Shown one piece after another: positions 36,331 through 49,059 of a stretch of 64,000 nt of DNA. Origin of the DNA: Paraspadella gotoi (lineage: Eukaryota > Animalia > Chaetognatha); NCBI GenBank assembly GCA_051294375.1, contig CM119265.1, positions 902,089 through 966,088 of the forward strand, read 5' to 3'. The position numbers and the translations under genes are program-made. The notes under the pieces are model-generated. The model had not been told where the DNA came from, did not search any database, and worked only from the letters and a program-made list of their open reading frames with translations. Position 1 is the stretch's first letter, and the number at the start of each line of letters is the position of its first letter.

Positions 36331-36630
36331 TATAGTAATATAATATTTCTAATTAGGCTAGTACCCTCAGAAGAAAGCATTTTTGACAAAAAATATTTGA
36401 ATATCGTAATCATGATAGATTATTTTAACACTGTATACATTAGCATTTAAATTTTATCGGCAATGGCTAGCTATTAAGGTGGGCCAAAATTAAATATTTT
36501 TTATAACTTCTAGTTCTCCCAAAAAAATTCCTTTTTTCTTTCTATTACTAAATCGATTTTCAATGCAACTTTTTGAATTAGTTCATTGGGTTGTTGCACT
36601 GAAGCTTTTAAATATTTATTAATATATAAT

Positions 36631-37245
36631 TAGGGACCAACTCTAGAGATAATATAAAATTTTGACTATTAGCAAAGTATTTTTAGTTGTCTTGACTAAA
36701 TATTTAAGCAATCATTTTCCAAAAAAATTTACATTATACGTCTTGATTAATACATTAAATATTACTTGTCTTTTTTTACATTATAAAATTTTTTTTTTGA
36801 AATCTTGAAATTTTTTGATGGATTCTGATAGAGCATAAAAAGTTAAACAAGAAATATAATTACAGCTTTTAAAAATTTTTATGTTTTCTATGTGAAAATA
36901 TAAAAAAACTGATAAAATTATCGAAAGATGATGATGATGATGATGATTTTTTATGGTTTTTCTTATTTTTGACTCACTTATCATGAAAATATTTAAAAAA
37001 GAATTATACTTTGTGTAGACAACTTTTTATGAGCTATCTGAATTTGGTCTTAAAATTTAAAAATTATGAAAAAAATTTGGGCCTTTCCTATTTATAAATA
37101 AATATTAAAAAATTAATTATTTGGGTATAGAGCCACATAAGAAATGTTTTGTTCATTGAAAGTATACTTCAAAATGTATAAATTTTCGTTTGAGCATGTA
37201 ATCATTCTAAATTTTTGACTCACCCCATTGAGTGGGGCTACCCTA
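36631..37245 (-). mobile_element. TAGGG...CCCTA MITE with 7 bp TSD
   Basis: ATATAAT|TAGGGACCAACTC...GAGTGGGGCTACCCTA|ATATAAT. Confidence 0.85.
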
Positions 37246-38212
37246 ATATAATAAATAACAAAATTTTTTTTAAATTTTATTTTTTAAAAACGGATTCTTA
37301 TAGAGCTTGAAAAGTTAGTACTACAATTTTTTTAAATTTTGATAATTAATTGGTTAAAAATAGAAAAAACCTTAAAAAATAATTATCATTATAGTTTTTC
37401 AAAATTTTTATCAATAAAACAAAAAAAATTTAAAAAGTTGTATTTATAGCCTTTATCTAACTTTTAAAGCTCTACCAGAATCTATTAAAAAAAATTGAAA
37501 AATAAAAAAAAATTTTGAAACTTTATATAGTAATAAAATAATCTTTAAATACTTCCGTGCGCTTATTAATAAAATAAATTTTAAAAATTATTTTTATTTT
37601 CATATTCTTTAACAGTCACCTAACCATTATTTATTTGAGAGAACTTCTAGTTTTCAACCTGTTCCGGCCTACATTTTTTTTAGTTTCCGTCGTCATTGTC
37701 GTTTTATATTTCTGGAAATCTCGGGGATTTTATCTTTTTTTTTGACAGTTTCCACTTGCACCTGTCAGACAAAAATACAATTTCTAAAGAAACAAAAGAC
37801 AATTTTGTTCTGCAAAAAGATATACATAATTATATAATTACAAAATTATTTTTAGTTTAATGAAAAGTTAATTCTTATCTCATATTTTTTTTTTTTTTAC
37901 ATTATCTTAAAAAAGATTTTGCTTTTTCCCTTGAAAATACTAGTTTTTAGATGTGCTTTATTTAAACCTTTAATAAATTTGTCTGTCGGGGCAGCAAAGA
38001 GTCTTTATTAAAATGTTTCATTTGCGTTCTTACAAATAAATGTATAAATTTCAGTTATGATTTAAATTTCATCCTCGTATTTCAACCCAAGATCTTAAAA
38101 ATTTAAGTAACTAATCGATTTGAGAGCACGTGATCTGATTGGAAAATCTTAAATTGGCGATTTAAACTACCAATTAATATAAATTAATTAAATCTGTAAT
38201 TTAATTTTTTGT

Positions 38213-41200
38213 ATGATTATGAAACAAACTAACACGGAATCAAGAGAGAAGAATGAGTCAACAGGTAACAATCAACTTAGGGAAAAAATATTACTAAGAA
38301 TAAAACACTGGCTAATAATGACAATGAAAGAGTATTATAATATTTAACATATAATTTTAAATTGTTTAAATTCTTATATAGACTCCAAAGACGGGCCTCG
38401 CGCGTGGATCATTTGTTTTGCTTTTTTCATCACTGCGATGCTTAACTACGGAACCGCCAGAGTTTTAGGAATTTTCTTGGACGAATGGGAAAAGGAGTTT
38501 AAAGTGCCTAAGGTAGATTATGATTTGTTTACAACTTTAGGGTTTTAAATATTATTTTTATTTTTAATACCAAAAACAGTATTAACATAATCATAAACAG
38601 TAACAGTATAAAAGACTGGAAAACAGTAAGCAAGAAAAAACTAAACTATTAAACTAAACTATTAATGTTACTATAATTTTTTTTATTTCAAAAATAATAA
38701 AAACAGAAGTTACATAATGACATAAAGTGACGTAAAAGACAATAACCTTATGACTAAAATGTTACTATAAAAAAATATAAAAAATAAAGTTTAAGAACAT
38801 TCAAGGATCAAATGTCAAAATCTACAACGTCAGTTTTTTATTCAAACAGACAAACATAGTCTAAACATGTATGTTTAAATAAAAAACTGCCGTTGTTGAC
38901 ACCATTTTTTTCCCTTGTTTATAACCTCAAACACAAAGAATCGAAAGAAAAACAATTCATATTTGTATATTTGATTCTTTAAAAAGTTGATATTTGTCTT
39001 ATGATTATTTTGATTTTCTTTATTTTTTTAAAATAAAGTATAAAATGTAAATGAGTCTTTGAGACCGAGGCTTATTAACAAACATTTGATGTTCTTTTGT
39101 TTTTCAGTCGATCGCTTCATTCATACCCTCCGCCGCCTTCTTAGCGATGGGTCTGGGTTTTCTCGCGATGGCGCTTTTCCACGGGAGTCACTCGCCACGT
39201 GGCGTCAGCATCGTCAGCGGCGTCGTCGCCAGCGGCGCTTTTGTGGGCGTGGCATTCGCCGACTCGTTCGCCCTCCTCCTCATTTGCGTAGGGTTAATTT
39301 ATTATTTAGAATTAATATGACATTAAGAATATTTTAAGATAAAACAACTAAACGAACAAATCTAAATATGATTAGAAAAATAATATAAAAACAACAGGTA
39401 AAGCGAAACCAAGCCAAAACAAAGTAATAAAAGACTAAATAAAATGAAACACTAAACCAAACAATAAACCAAACGACTAAAGAAAACCCAAATAAAAACA
39501 AACAAAATAAATAAAAATCAAATAAACAAACAAACACTAACAATTGAACAATTGAAACATTCTTTGAAATATTATACCACTTTATTGATAGGGAAGCCAA
39601 GTACTCTGGGAGTAAATAAACGAGACAGTGAGAGAATCTTGATTGAAAGCTTGCAGAGACCTGCTATGTTATTATCTTGTAAGAGTGATGGAGGCCTTAA
39701 ACCACCAAAGCCTGTCAAAAGTCAGGGACAAGATAGTTTATTTATTAAATGAATGGATGAGTTTAATATTGGTTGTACAAATTTTAAGAATTATAATCGA
39801 AACAAATCTTTCTTTCCTTTTTAAGACGATCGTAGGTTTCGTAGCCTCAACAACCTCATACACTTCGGCCATAGCGACTCTTGGCTCTTGGACTGATCGT
39901 TGCCGCCCTTTGGCCTTTGGCCTTTCAAACGCGGGGTCGCCCATAGCCGGGATGGCCTTTCCGCCGATCCTCGCAGCCCTGACGGCCGAGTTGGGCTGGA
40001 GGGGCTGTTTTCTCATCGTGGCGGGATTGACGATGCATCACTGTCTCTGCGGGATGATGATCAAGGTTTAATACCATAAATTGTAAATAAATCTAAGAAT
40101 AAATTTATGAATGAATAAATCTGTAAATAAATCTACAATAATTGTATTTTAAACACGTTAAGCCCCAACTTTAATACTATTAGTAAGAGAGTAAAAATGT
40201 TTCCATATGAGGGGTTCTAACCTAATAAATAAGTTTTAGCAAACAATGCCCATCTGCCCACGATCATTAGCGGTAAGCAGCTGATAAGATAAGTAATTAA
40301 TTAATTTTTTGCTATTCGTTGTGGCGAACAGTCACTTAAACGATATTGACTCCAAAGTTCGTGTGAATAATAAAATGTCTCCGGAACAAAATTTTTATTT
40401 GTTCATAATAGTAATAACAGAGCTTAATAAAATAATCAAAGCATATAGATATTCTGTCTGCTTTATTTGACAAGCAATCAAAATATCTATATCACACAAT
40501 AATATAAACAGTAACATTAATATAAATCAACATGAATAAAAACATGAACAAAATTCTGAATTAAAAAAACATTTTTTTCATAATTTATAGTAATACGATA
40601 AACTATAAACTATACTATTAACTATACATATAATCTTAATTTTTTTTTAATTTCGTTATCACACAGGGATGCTCTAACCTTACCATCTTGGAAAATGAAT
40701 AAGTCGCCAAATTTTAAAGTTAGTTAATTGTATATTAAAATTTAAATATAACAGAAAAAATGGGTATCAATATGTAGTGTGAACTCCCTTGCTCTTCACA
40801 ACTTTATTTATTCTGTTCAGCATTGACTCATAGAGCGACTGCAGGTATTCCAAGGAGAGGTTATCCCAAACTTTTTTGATAAGTCGTTTCATGGCTTGCA
40901 GAGATGTTGGACGTTCGTTTCTCAGTCGATTTTTCATCTCTGACCACACATTTTCGATCGGATTGAGATCCGGAGAGTTCCCAGGCCAGTCAGGTAGAAG
41001 TTTAACCCCATTTTGGTGATGCCACTTTTTTGTCTCCTTGGCTCGATGCGGAGGGGCGTTGTCTTCCATAAAAACTCAACATCGGACAAATTCTTTTATC
41101 TTCGCTTCCTCCAGAATTTCTCTATATTTGGCGCCATCAACGCATCCCGAAATGAAGATTAACTTTGACTTGGCACGGGTAGAGATTGCACCGAACACTA

Positions 41201-41933
41201 TGACCTTCGGTTGCTGCTTAACCGTCTGCAATATGCAATTAGGATGCAATGCTTCGCCGACGCTGCTGCACACTTCGAAGATTCACTCTTAGCTGTTTAG
41301 ATATAGAAGTATTCTTGATACCCGCTTTGTGCAATTCAATTATAGATGCACGTTGATCACTTGTAAAATGCCAACGTTGAGGCATAATAAAAAAATACAG
41401 TGTAAATTTTAAAAAAAATGAAGGAAAAAAATTATTAAAATCTGAATACGCCAAAGAAAGCTAATTTTTTTCGATCTCCTTCTTTTCTTTCCTCTGCCCT
41501 GTTGGCAATTTTAATCATAATCTAACATAAACCGTCTCCATTTGATCGAAAATCGCCAAACTTTCTGGAAATATAATTTTTTTCTTTCGATTATGTTAGG
41601 AAGGTGTTTAAAAATGATCGAGAAGTTTGGCGACTTATTCATTTTCCAAGATGGTATTTAAAAACTATTTATATTACAGAACTCTAAGTTTTTACGTTGT
41701 TCCGCCTTAATACATATAAGATAAAGATGTTTAGCAACATCATTTTGAATACCATAAGCCCTTTCCCGGCGCGGACGAAGCGATGGAAGGGTGCGCCGCG
41801 AAGGACCTCTGGCGGCGACGGGAATTCATCCTCGTTTTGACTTCGACCGCAATTCGATTTGGCGCTGATGTCGTCGTCATCGTTTATCAGCCGACGTGGG
41901 GGAGAATGAGGGGATTGGATGAGGGAGAGGTAT

Positions 41934-42002
<69 letters not shown>

Positions 42003-44539
42003 CATTGAAAAGTATTAAAAATAATTCGAAAATCGAATTAAATGAAAAAAATCAAATAAAACTGGCAAAAAAAAATCATCTTAATCATCTTAAATCATCT
42101 TAAATCATAAATCTTAAATCATCTTAATCATCTTAAATCATCTTAAAGTATACTATCAAGTAGTTTTTCAAGATCTGGAATAAAACATTACTGGATAATT
42201 GATAATTCTTTGGAGTTTTTGGATAAAATTTCTCAATTAAAAACAGATTTTCTAGAAACATATGATTTTTCAACATTATATCCATCACTTCCTCATTATG
42301 AAATCAGGAGTAAGCTAAAGATTTCCATTCAGAACAATTTTTTCAAGGGAAAATAAAACATATATAAATGTAAATCATAATAAAGCATATTTTTCAAATA
42401 CTAAGAATAAAGGTTATATTTCTTTTACTGAGAAAGATTTTAAATATTGTCCTCAACTTTATTTTAGATAATGTTTTTGTCAAATTTGGCTCCCTAATAT
42501 ATAAACAACAATTAGGAATACCAATTGGACTAGATTCTGGTCAAGATATTGCTAATTGTTGTTATTTTATTTTGAATCAACATATATGGAAAATATGACA
42601 AAAAATAATTTAGGAATCGCTAGACAATTTAAAAATTGCTCAAGATATATTGATGACCTTTTTTCAGCCGATTTTAAGGATTTTAATATGCATCTTGCCA
42701 ACATATATCCAGCAGCACTTACTGTCAATAAATCTAATAGTACAGATACAAATGTAGATTATTTAGACATAAACATTAAATCAGAAAACAAAAATCTTAC
42801 TCTGTCTGTTTATGATAAAAGGGATTCCTTTTCTTTTGAAGTAGTTAATTACCCATATATGGACAGTTGTATTCCTAAAAAGCAGCACTAGGTGTATTTA
42901 TTAGCCAATTAATAAGATATGCAAGAATATGTTCGACGTTTACAGATTTTTCTTCAAGAGCTATAAATTTAAGCAAAAAACTACAAAGTCAGGGTTATAT
43001 ATTTAAGGACTTAAGAAAAATGGGAATTAAATTTTTCAATATTTATAAGGAGCTAATAAAAAATATAATGTTACTGATGTTAATCTATTTTCAAAAAAGA
43101 TTATACATGATAGTTCCTAATAAAAATGATAAGGAAAAAATAACAAAAATAAACCACTAAATAATAATTATAATAATAACATCAACAATATTATTTAAAT
43201 AACTTATTTAACTTATTTAACTTATTTAACTCTCTGATTTAATTTATTTTTTAACTTTTACCAATTAACTTAATGTTAACTTTACATTAACATACCCTTA
43301 ATTATTAACTTATTATTAAACTAATTATTTAACTTATTTTATTTATTTACAAATTACAAATTATTACAAAACCTTAATAAAATTTCTCTAAAATTAATGA
43401 TGCTGTGAAGCCAGGGCTTTGGTCTGTTTCAGATAAACATTCAAGATATACATTTAAAATATAAGATAAGCAACAATGAAGGATCACCATTTGGTGATGG
43501 CTCGCCTATACCTGGATATTGGGATTAAAGAGCCGAAATCCATGAAGGGTATAGGTTCCCAACTGATGACCTTCCATTGTATAAAAATGAAAGATAAAAA
43601 ATATTCAAAAAAGAAACAATTAAAAAGTAGAATAAAGAAAAATATAACTTTAAAATTATATTCATGACATAAAGGTGCCCCTATAGACCTTTCCCCGGTA
43701 TGTATCCCTATCAGAACATACAATTCTACATGGTAGTCTTATCCCTATTGGTAAAAAAAATCATATATAACTTTGGTCACCCCTCAAAAAATTATCCATT
43801 CCCACCCCTTTCTGTTCAGCCTCTTAGATATTATGATTTTTCATTAATGACTTTCTAACAGAAATGATGTGTGATATCTATTAGAAAACTAGGACAGATA
43901 GTAATCTAACCTTGTGTTGTATAGATGCTCCCTCTATTTCCAGAAGACAACACTGACTTCCCCTTCCCAATTGAATTATTAGATAAATAAAACATTTTTA
44001 AGAAAGAAAGCAATATATATTTGAATAAATAATAAGATTAAATACTAAATCCTTCATAAAATATAAAAATAGAAAATAGTGAAACAAGTAATTTGCAAAT
44101 TTTCATATATTATCAATAATTTAAAATATTAAAAATACTAAATTCTGAAGAAAATGAAATGATACTTTTTTTCGAAATATAAAACTCGTTTGTTTGTAAA
44201 TAAAATATGTTTTCTCTCTAAGGCAACATTCGAAAAATAAATGGTTCGTATGTGTGCGAAAGTTTTTTTTGACAAAAATGAATCCAATTATTTAGTCTTT
44301 TGTTCGATCTCCATTTCCTCCGTCAGGTGGCGACGCTCGTACTCTGCCTCGGAGGCGGTGACCTTCTCGCCCGACTTCTCGTCGGCCCGATCCTGACCAT
44401 CCCAACCGCCCGTCAACGGACGCTGCCCGCCCTCGTCGTCACCCACTTTCTCGCGGGCGTCGGCGCCGTCGTCGTCGGAATGTCCAGGGACTACGGTCAA
44501 CTCGCGATGGCCAGCGTCCTCTTTGGCGTTTCTTACGGT

Positions 44540-44637
<98 letters not shown>

Positions 44638-44998
44638 GTTCTTACCGCCCTGCCCCCCATTTTAGGGGCGTGGCTCGTCACCTTCACATCATTTCTCTCC
44701 GATTATTACGCATCCAATTTTTCTTTCGCTTACAACATTTCGATGTTTATAGGAGGAATAACGAGCATCCTTTTTCCCTTCACTTTAGGTAAATGTCGTT
44801 GCTATTTTGTTTTTGACGAAAAATAATGCAATCAATTTATTAATCCATCTTTTTCTTTCGTTTCCAGGTCATTTGCAAGAGCACTACGAATATTTCGAAC
44901 TTGTCTTTTTCATATCGAGCGGACTTTTGGCGTTGTCTGGATTTTTGTTGATGTTATTGCTCGTACCGCCTCGCTTGTCTTCTCATTTACGCACTTGA
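38213..44998 (+). CDS. Monocarboxylate transporter (SLC16/MCT family, MFS)
   Basis: Exons ~38213-38273, 38382-38511 ([16 protein letters not shown]...LGIFLDEW), 39108-~39292, 39826-40065 ([15 protein letters not shown]...[18 protein letters not shown]), 41759-41929, 44327-44537 ([10 protein letters not shown]), 44666-44788 and 44869-44998. A few single-base indels. Confidence 0.85.
40683..41654 (-). mobile_element. Tc1-like DNA transposon (DD34E), internally deleted
   Basis: 29 bp TIR CCATCTTGGAAAATGAATAAGTCGCCAAA at both ends, flanked by TA. Transposase N-terminus [22 protein letters not shown]; C-terminus EDNAPPH...[15 protein letters not shown] (40767-41069). Confidence 0.95.
42149..43750 (+). 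mobile_element. 5'-truncated Penelope-like retroelement RT (resembles the Naiad type, no C-terminal GIY-YIG); 3' end uncertain
   Basis: [12 protein letters not shown] ~42260, [10 protein letters not shown] ~42500, SRYIDDLF ~42640, [28 protein letters not shown] and [15 protein letters not shown] ~42890-42935. The frame ends ~43120 with no GIY-YIG after it. Begins after an (AATCATCTTA)n tract. Confidence 0.85.
43473..43580 (+). ncRNA. Candidate rearranged (non-circularly permuted) hammerhead ribozyme
   Basis: CTGATGA 43563-69 and GAAA 43535-38. Stem I 43519-24/43557-62, stem II 43499-503/43530-34, stem III 43513-17/43538-42. Predicted cleavage after A43518. Confidence 0.75.
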
Positions 44999-45753
44999 TA
45001 AAGTTTTGTGATTGCTTACTTTTATTTAGCGTTTGTGTTAGGCATAAATTCAATATTGTATTATTATAAATAACGACATTAATGTCACTCTCGAAAAAAA
45101 TATTTTAAACTTGTATTTTTTTTTCATTACGAAACTGTCGTATTTAAATAAACTAAATAAAACACACTGAGCTACAATTTGTGTTTTAGTTACGTACAGG
45201 TGATGCGTCGTAAAACTTTCAACCTAAGATTAAAATCATTAACATACGTCTGTACTGTATAGTGTACTTTGTGTATTGTGTATAATCGTATAATAATTAT
45301 TTTACGCGTTCCAAAATTGTCGCGCCTTGTTCCTTTGTCATTTTCCCTCTCACAACGACGATGACGACGACGACGAACCTGGCGACAAAATTCTAAACTT
45401 CGCTGCTCAAATGTTTCCCGCCGCCGCCGCAGCCGCCGCAGCAGCCGCATCAGCCGATGTCGGTCCCCACAGCAGCCGCCGCCGATGACGTCGCCGCAAT
45501 TTACCGGCTTTTTCGGAAATAATTTAGCGGGAAAAAAATTAATTAAGTTATTTAGCTAAAAATATCATAGTTATACCAAGTTTTATCGTCGATTTTCGTT
45601 TTTCTCGTATTTTGCTTTTCTTTTAACCACAGATCTACTATGCACTTCTTTTGATCTCGTTAATATTTCGTTAAAAAATAAAGAATAAAAAAAAATACTC
45701 GATCCCCTAAAATAAAAAAGTCCGGAAGACGCGCCGACGCCGGAGAAGCGAAG

Positions 45754-48700
45754 ATGACGGTCAAAGCCGAGAAAAACGCCCACGACGACCGGAAACTCGA
45801 GGAAAGGGTGGGTTTCGAATCTTGGGGGGCGGGGAAAACGGTGAGGGGAAGGTCTTGGGTAGACGCTGGAGCGGGTCGGGGGTCAAAGGCCTCGCCATTT
45901 ATCGTACAGGAGTTGGAGCGGCAACGGGCCATGATCCTGGGTCGATTCAGTTTCATCGACGAAGTTGACAAATCGTCACTCGACGACAGCGTCGCTCTCG
46001 CCGAAGTCGTCAAGGAATGGAAGGCTTCGTTAAGGGACGAGAGGAAAAGGCTCAGGTGGGTTCTGGGTGGTTTTATGAGGGGGTTGGGGTGGAAGGGGTC
46101 TTTTGAGGAGTGGGGTCAGGTTAGAGAGTGTAAATTATCAAAAATTATCTAATCTTAAGCTTTTAGTAGTACTGTTATTAGATATGGTAGTTCTGTATTT
46201 CTGCCTGTGTAATTTTTTTCTAAAATTTAGAAATTAAATACTTATGATAAATAGGAAATACAAATTACAGGTTTCCTCATAGTCGTCATAGCATAGGATA
46301 ATAATTTATTAGTAATTAGTTTCTGATTAAATTTCAGTTAATGGTTAAATAGAAAAGACTACCATTCAGAATTCAGTACGAATCGAATCGCGATGACGTC
46401 GCCGACGCTGCCGATGCTGCCGATGCGGCTGCCGGTGCAGAAGAGGGTCCCAAGTCGGGCACCGACTCCGTCGCGAGACCCAAGTCGGTTCGACGGGCCA
46501 AAGGTAAAGTTTGGGTGAGATTTTCGAGCGGATATGGCGGGAATTTTTGAAAATGGATTTAATAAAGTTAAGAGTGATCGGGTTTTCGGCTTAATTTGAC
46601 ATTCGCCGACTAAGGTAAGAGAGTGTTCAGGGTTAAGGGTTTAGTTTTAAAGGGGTTATGGGGGTTTAGGTCATACATTGTTATCTCGTGAGAAGCGAAA
46701 ATCTTAGTAAAATGTAAAATTTTACCACTATTTTTAGTGGATATTGTAAGAACGAATAGGAATTATTACCTTTAGTGATAACTCTTATAATTGATATGTA
46801 ATCGATAATTTTCTTCTCCAGGATACGACGGAGTGAATCTCCCAAAAGCCGGAGAGAGTTTCGTCGTCGTTTGGGTTACGACCAAGGGACAGGTCAGTCG
46901 GTCCGTCTCTTATTTTTAGTCCCCAAACCCACGAGCTCTAATATGAACTATTTTACGTAATTATTCGTGACTTTTTCTGAACCACATCCGATTTTTTAAC
47001 TGCTAATCGAACGATAATAACGTCTTTTAAAGGTTAACGGAAGTCGGGAATATCGTTAACCACCTCCTCAACCCCCTCAACCACCCTTTTCCACAGGTGG
47101 TGGTCGACAAGGATGTGATGTTGCTCAACATGAAGGAAGTGGTGAAGACGCGACTGGAGAATCCCGACGTCGTTGGACCCAAAGGTGGAGTAATATTCGT
47201 AAAGTCACCACCTTTTTAAAAACTCTCCATTTCCGTGTCCTCGGATTTGAGATTTGAGATTTGAGACGAGAGTGAAACGAAAGGACTTGTTATTTTTATT
47301 ATTTTAATGAGGAGTTTAACCGTTTTAAAAATAAAGTTATCCTGTGGAGATTAACTTTATGAAAAATAAACTAGGCAAACTAAATAATTTTTTTTTCCAA
47401 TTGGTTTTTACCAAGGATAAAGCATGTCATAATACCAGTTTTTTCGGTTTATTTTAGCTTTAATATTTAATGCTATCCTTTCTCTCGAAGGCCCCCGCTT
47501 CGCTTGGGTCCTCCGCGGCGGCGACTCTGATTCTGACTCTTCGACGCTCGACTTCGACGTTGATCTCTTCTGGTCCGTCGGATTCCTCTTTAAACACTTC
47601 AAGACTTGCGGCCTCCAAAGATGGGACAAGCAGATGGCTTTGTTAAGGTCAGGACCGGCCAATCATGGGAACGGGAAGAATTTTGTCTTGATGCTCTTTT
47701 GTCCTTTCAAAGTTTTCTTTCTTTTTCCTTTTCTTTTTCTCTGTCTCCCTCTCCCATTTCTCTATTTCCTTCCCTCTCTGTCTCCCTCTCATCTCCAGAA
47801 AAGAGTTGCGCACCGCTGAATCCGCTTCCGGCGCCGCTGCTTCGAATTCTCCGTCCGCGCCCGGGAAACGCCGCCGCCGACGCAGCGACGCAGGAGGGAA
47901 ATACTTCGGGCGTCTCGTTGGGTGGAAGGGAACTTACGGCTTCTTGCAGGTGGTCGTTGCTGTCATCGCTTTAGATGTTTGTTAATTCGGTGGTTGTGGC
48001 AAAGACGGAGCTGTGTGACAGCTGGTGACTGTGATCGTATTGAATCCGGAACTCACGGTTGGTGAGCGAGTGTTTTACTGTTGCAGCTGTTCCAGAAATT
48101 GGGAGGAGCAAGAAGGGAGAGTGCTGTACGGGAGGCGAATTTAGGATATCGCCAAGAGGGTCATACTTGAGTATGGCAGTTATTTGGATAATCGTGTAAC
48201 TCCTCATTATCATCCATATATTCCTCAGTGCACCAGCGGCGACCGCGAGGGCGACACGGTCTTCCTTCACCACACGGATATCGTCTCCCCTTATTTGAAT
48301 CTCGCTCGCGGCCTTCAGTTCCGCTTCGACGTCGTGGCCGAGTCGGGCCTCGGCGACGCCCGCGACGGCAAACTCCGTGCCGTCAGGGCCACGCCCTGCC
48401 TCTGTAACTTCTCTTGCTCCGTTCATCGAGATGAGGCGGGGGAGGAAGGGAAGGAGAAGAAGGGCGTGGTGAGAAGTGGAGGGGGGAATTTGATTTGCTA
48501 TTATGAAAATTGAAAAATTACTTGATTCATTATGTAAATATTTTTTTTAGATTTTGAAATATTTTATATTTACGATTTTATTAATTTTTTTTCACATTTC
48601 ATTTATATTTTTTATTATCCTTAGGTTTAGTTAATTGAACCTAAAATTATTTACGGGGATGTATTTATGGGGATGGGGATATTATTATTATTATTATCCT

Positions 48701-49059
48701 AATAATTATTATAATTATTCCGCTTTTCTGCTTGATGCTTACCGCATATAAATAGAAGTCTACCAACATAAACATTATTGATAAATACCTTTAATTAAAT
48801 GACAAGTAAATATATTTTTATATTCTTAATCCTCCTCCGACCGCCTCCCCCTCCCTCCCCCCTTAAGGACAAACCCCGTCGTCGTCGTCGTTCCTCTAAA
48901 TCCTCAAAGACGGCGCCACATTCCAACTCCGGCGTCGAGGGCGAAGAGATTGGCGGGGGCGCCGGTGACGCCGTCCAACGAGCCAAAGGCGAAAAGCGGC
49001 GTCGGTCGGCGCGACGCATCAACCGGAGGCCAAGGCAGAAAGCGGAGGTGGAAGCTTGA
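45754..49059 (+). CDS. Cold-shock-domain protein with an unrecognised N-terminal region and basic tail
   Basis: Exons 45754-46055, 46370-46503, 46822-46892, 47097-47184, 47491-47648, 47798-47949 (YFGRLVGWKGTYGFLQ, RNP1-like), 48229-48468 (GDTVFLHHTDI...FRFDV...KLRAVRA, RNP2-like) and 48868-49059. Confidence 0.7.

Noticed and set aside
43391-43440. Possible SECIS element 3' of the Penelope-like RT
   Set aside because: ATGA...GA is present, but helix 2 pairing and apical AA spacing are unconvincing, and no in-frame TGA could be identified.
43495-43560. HDV-like ribozyme interpretation of the pseudoknot
   Set aside because: No nested P3/L3 or P1.1 consensus; the hammerhead core explains the helices better.
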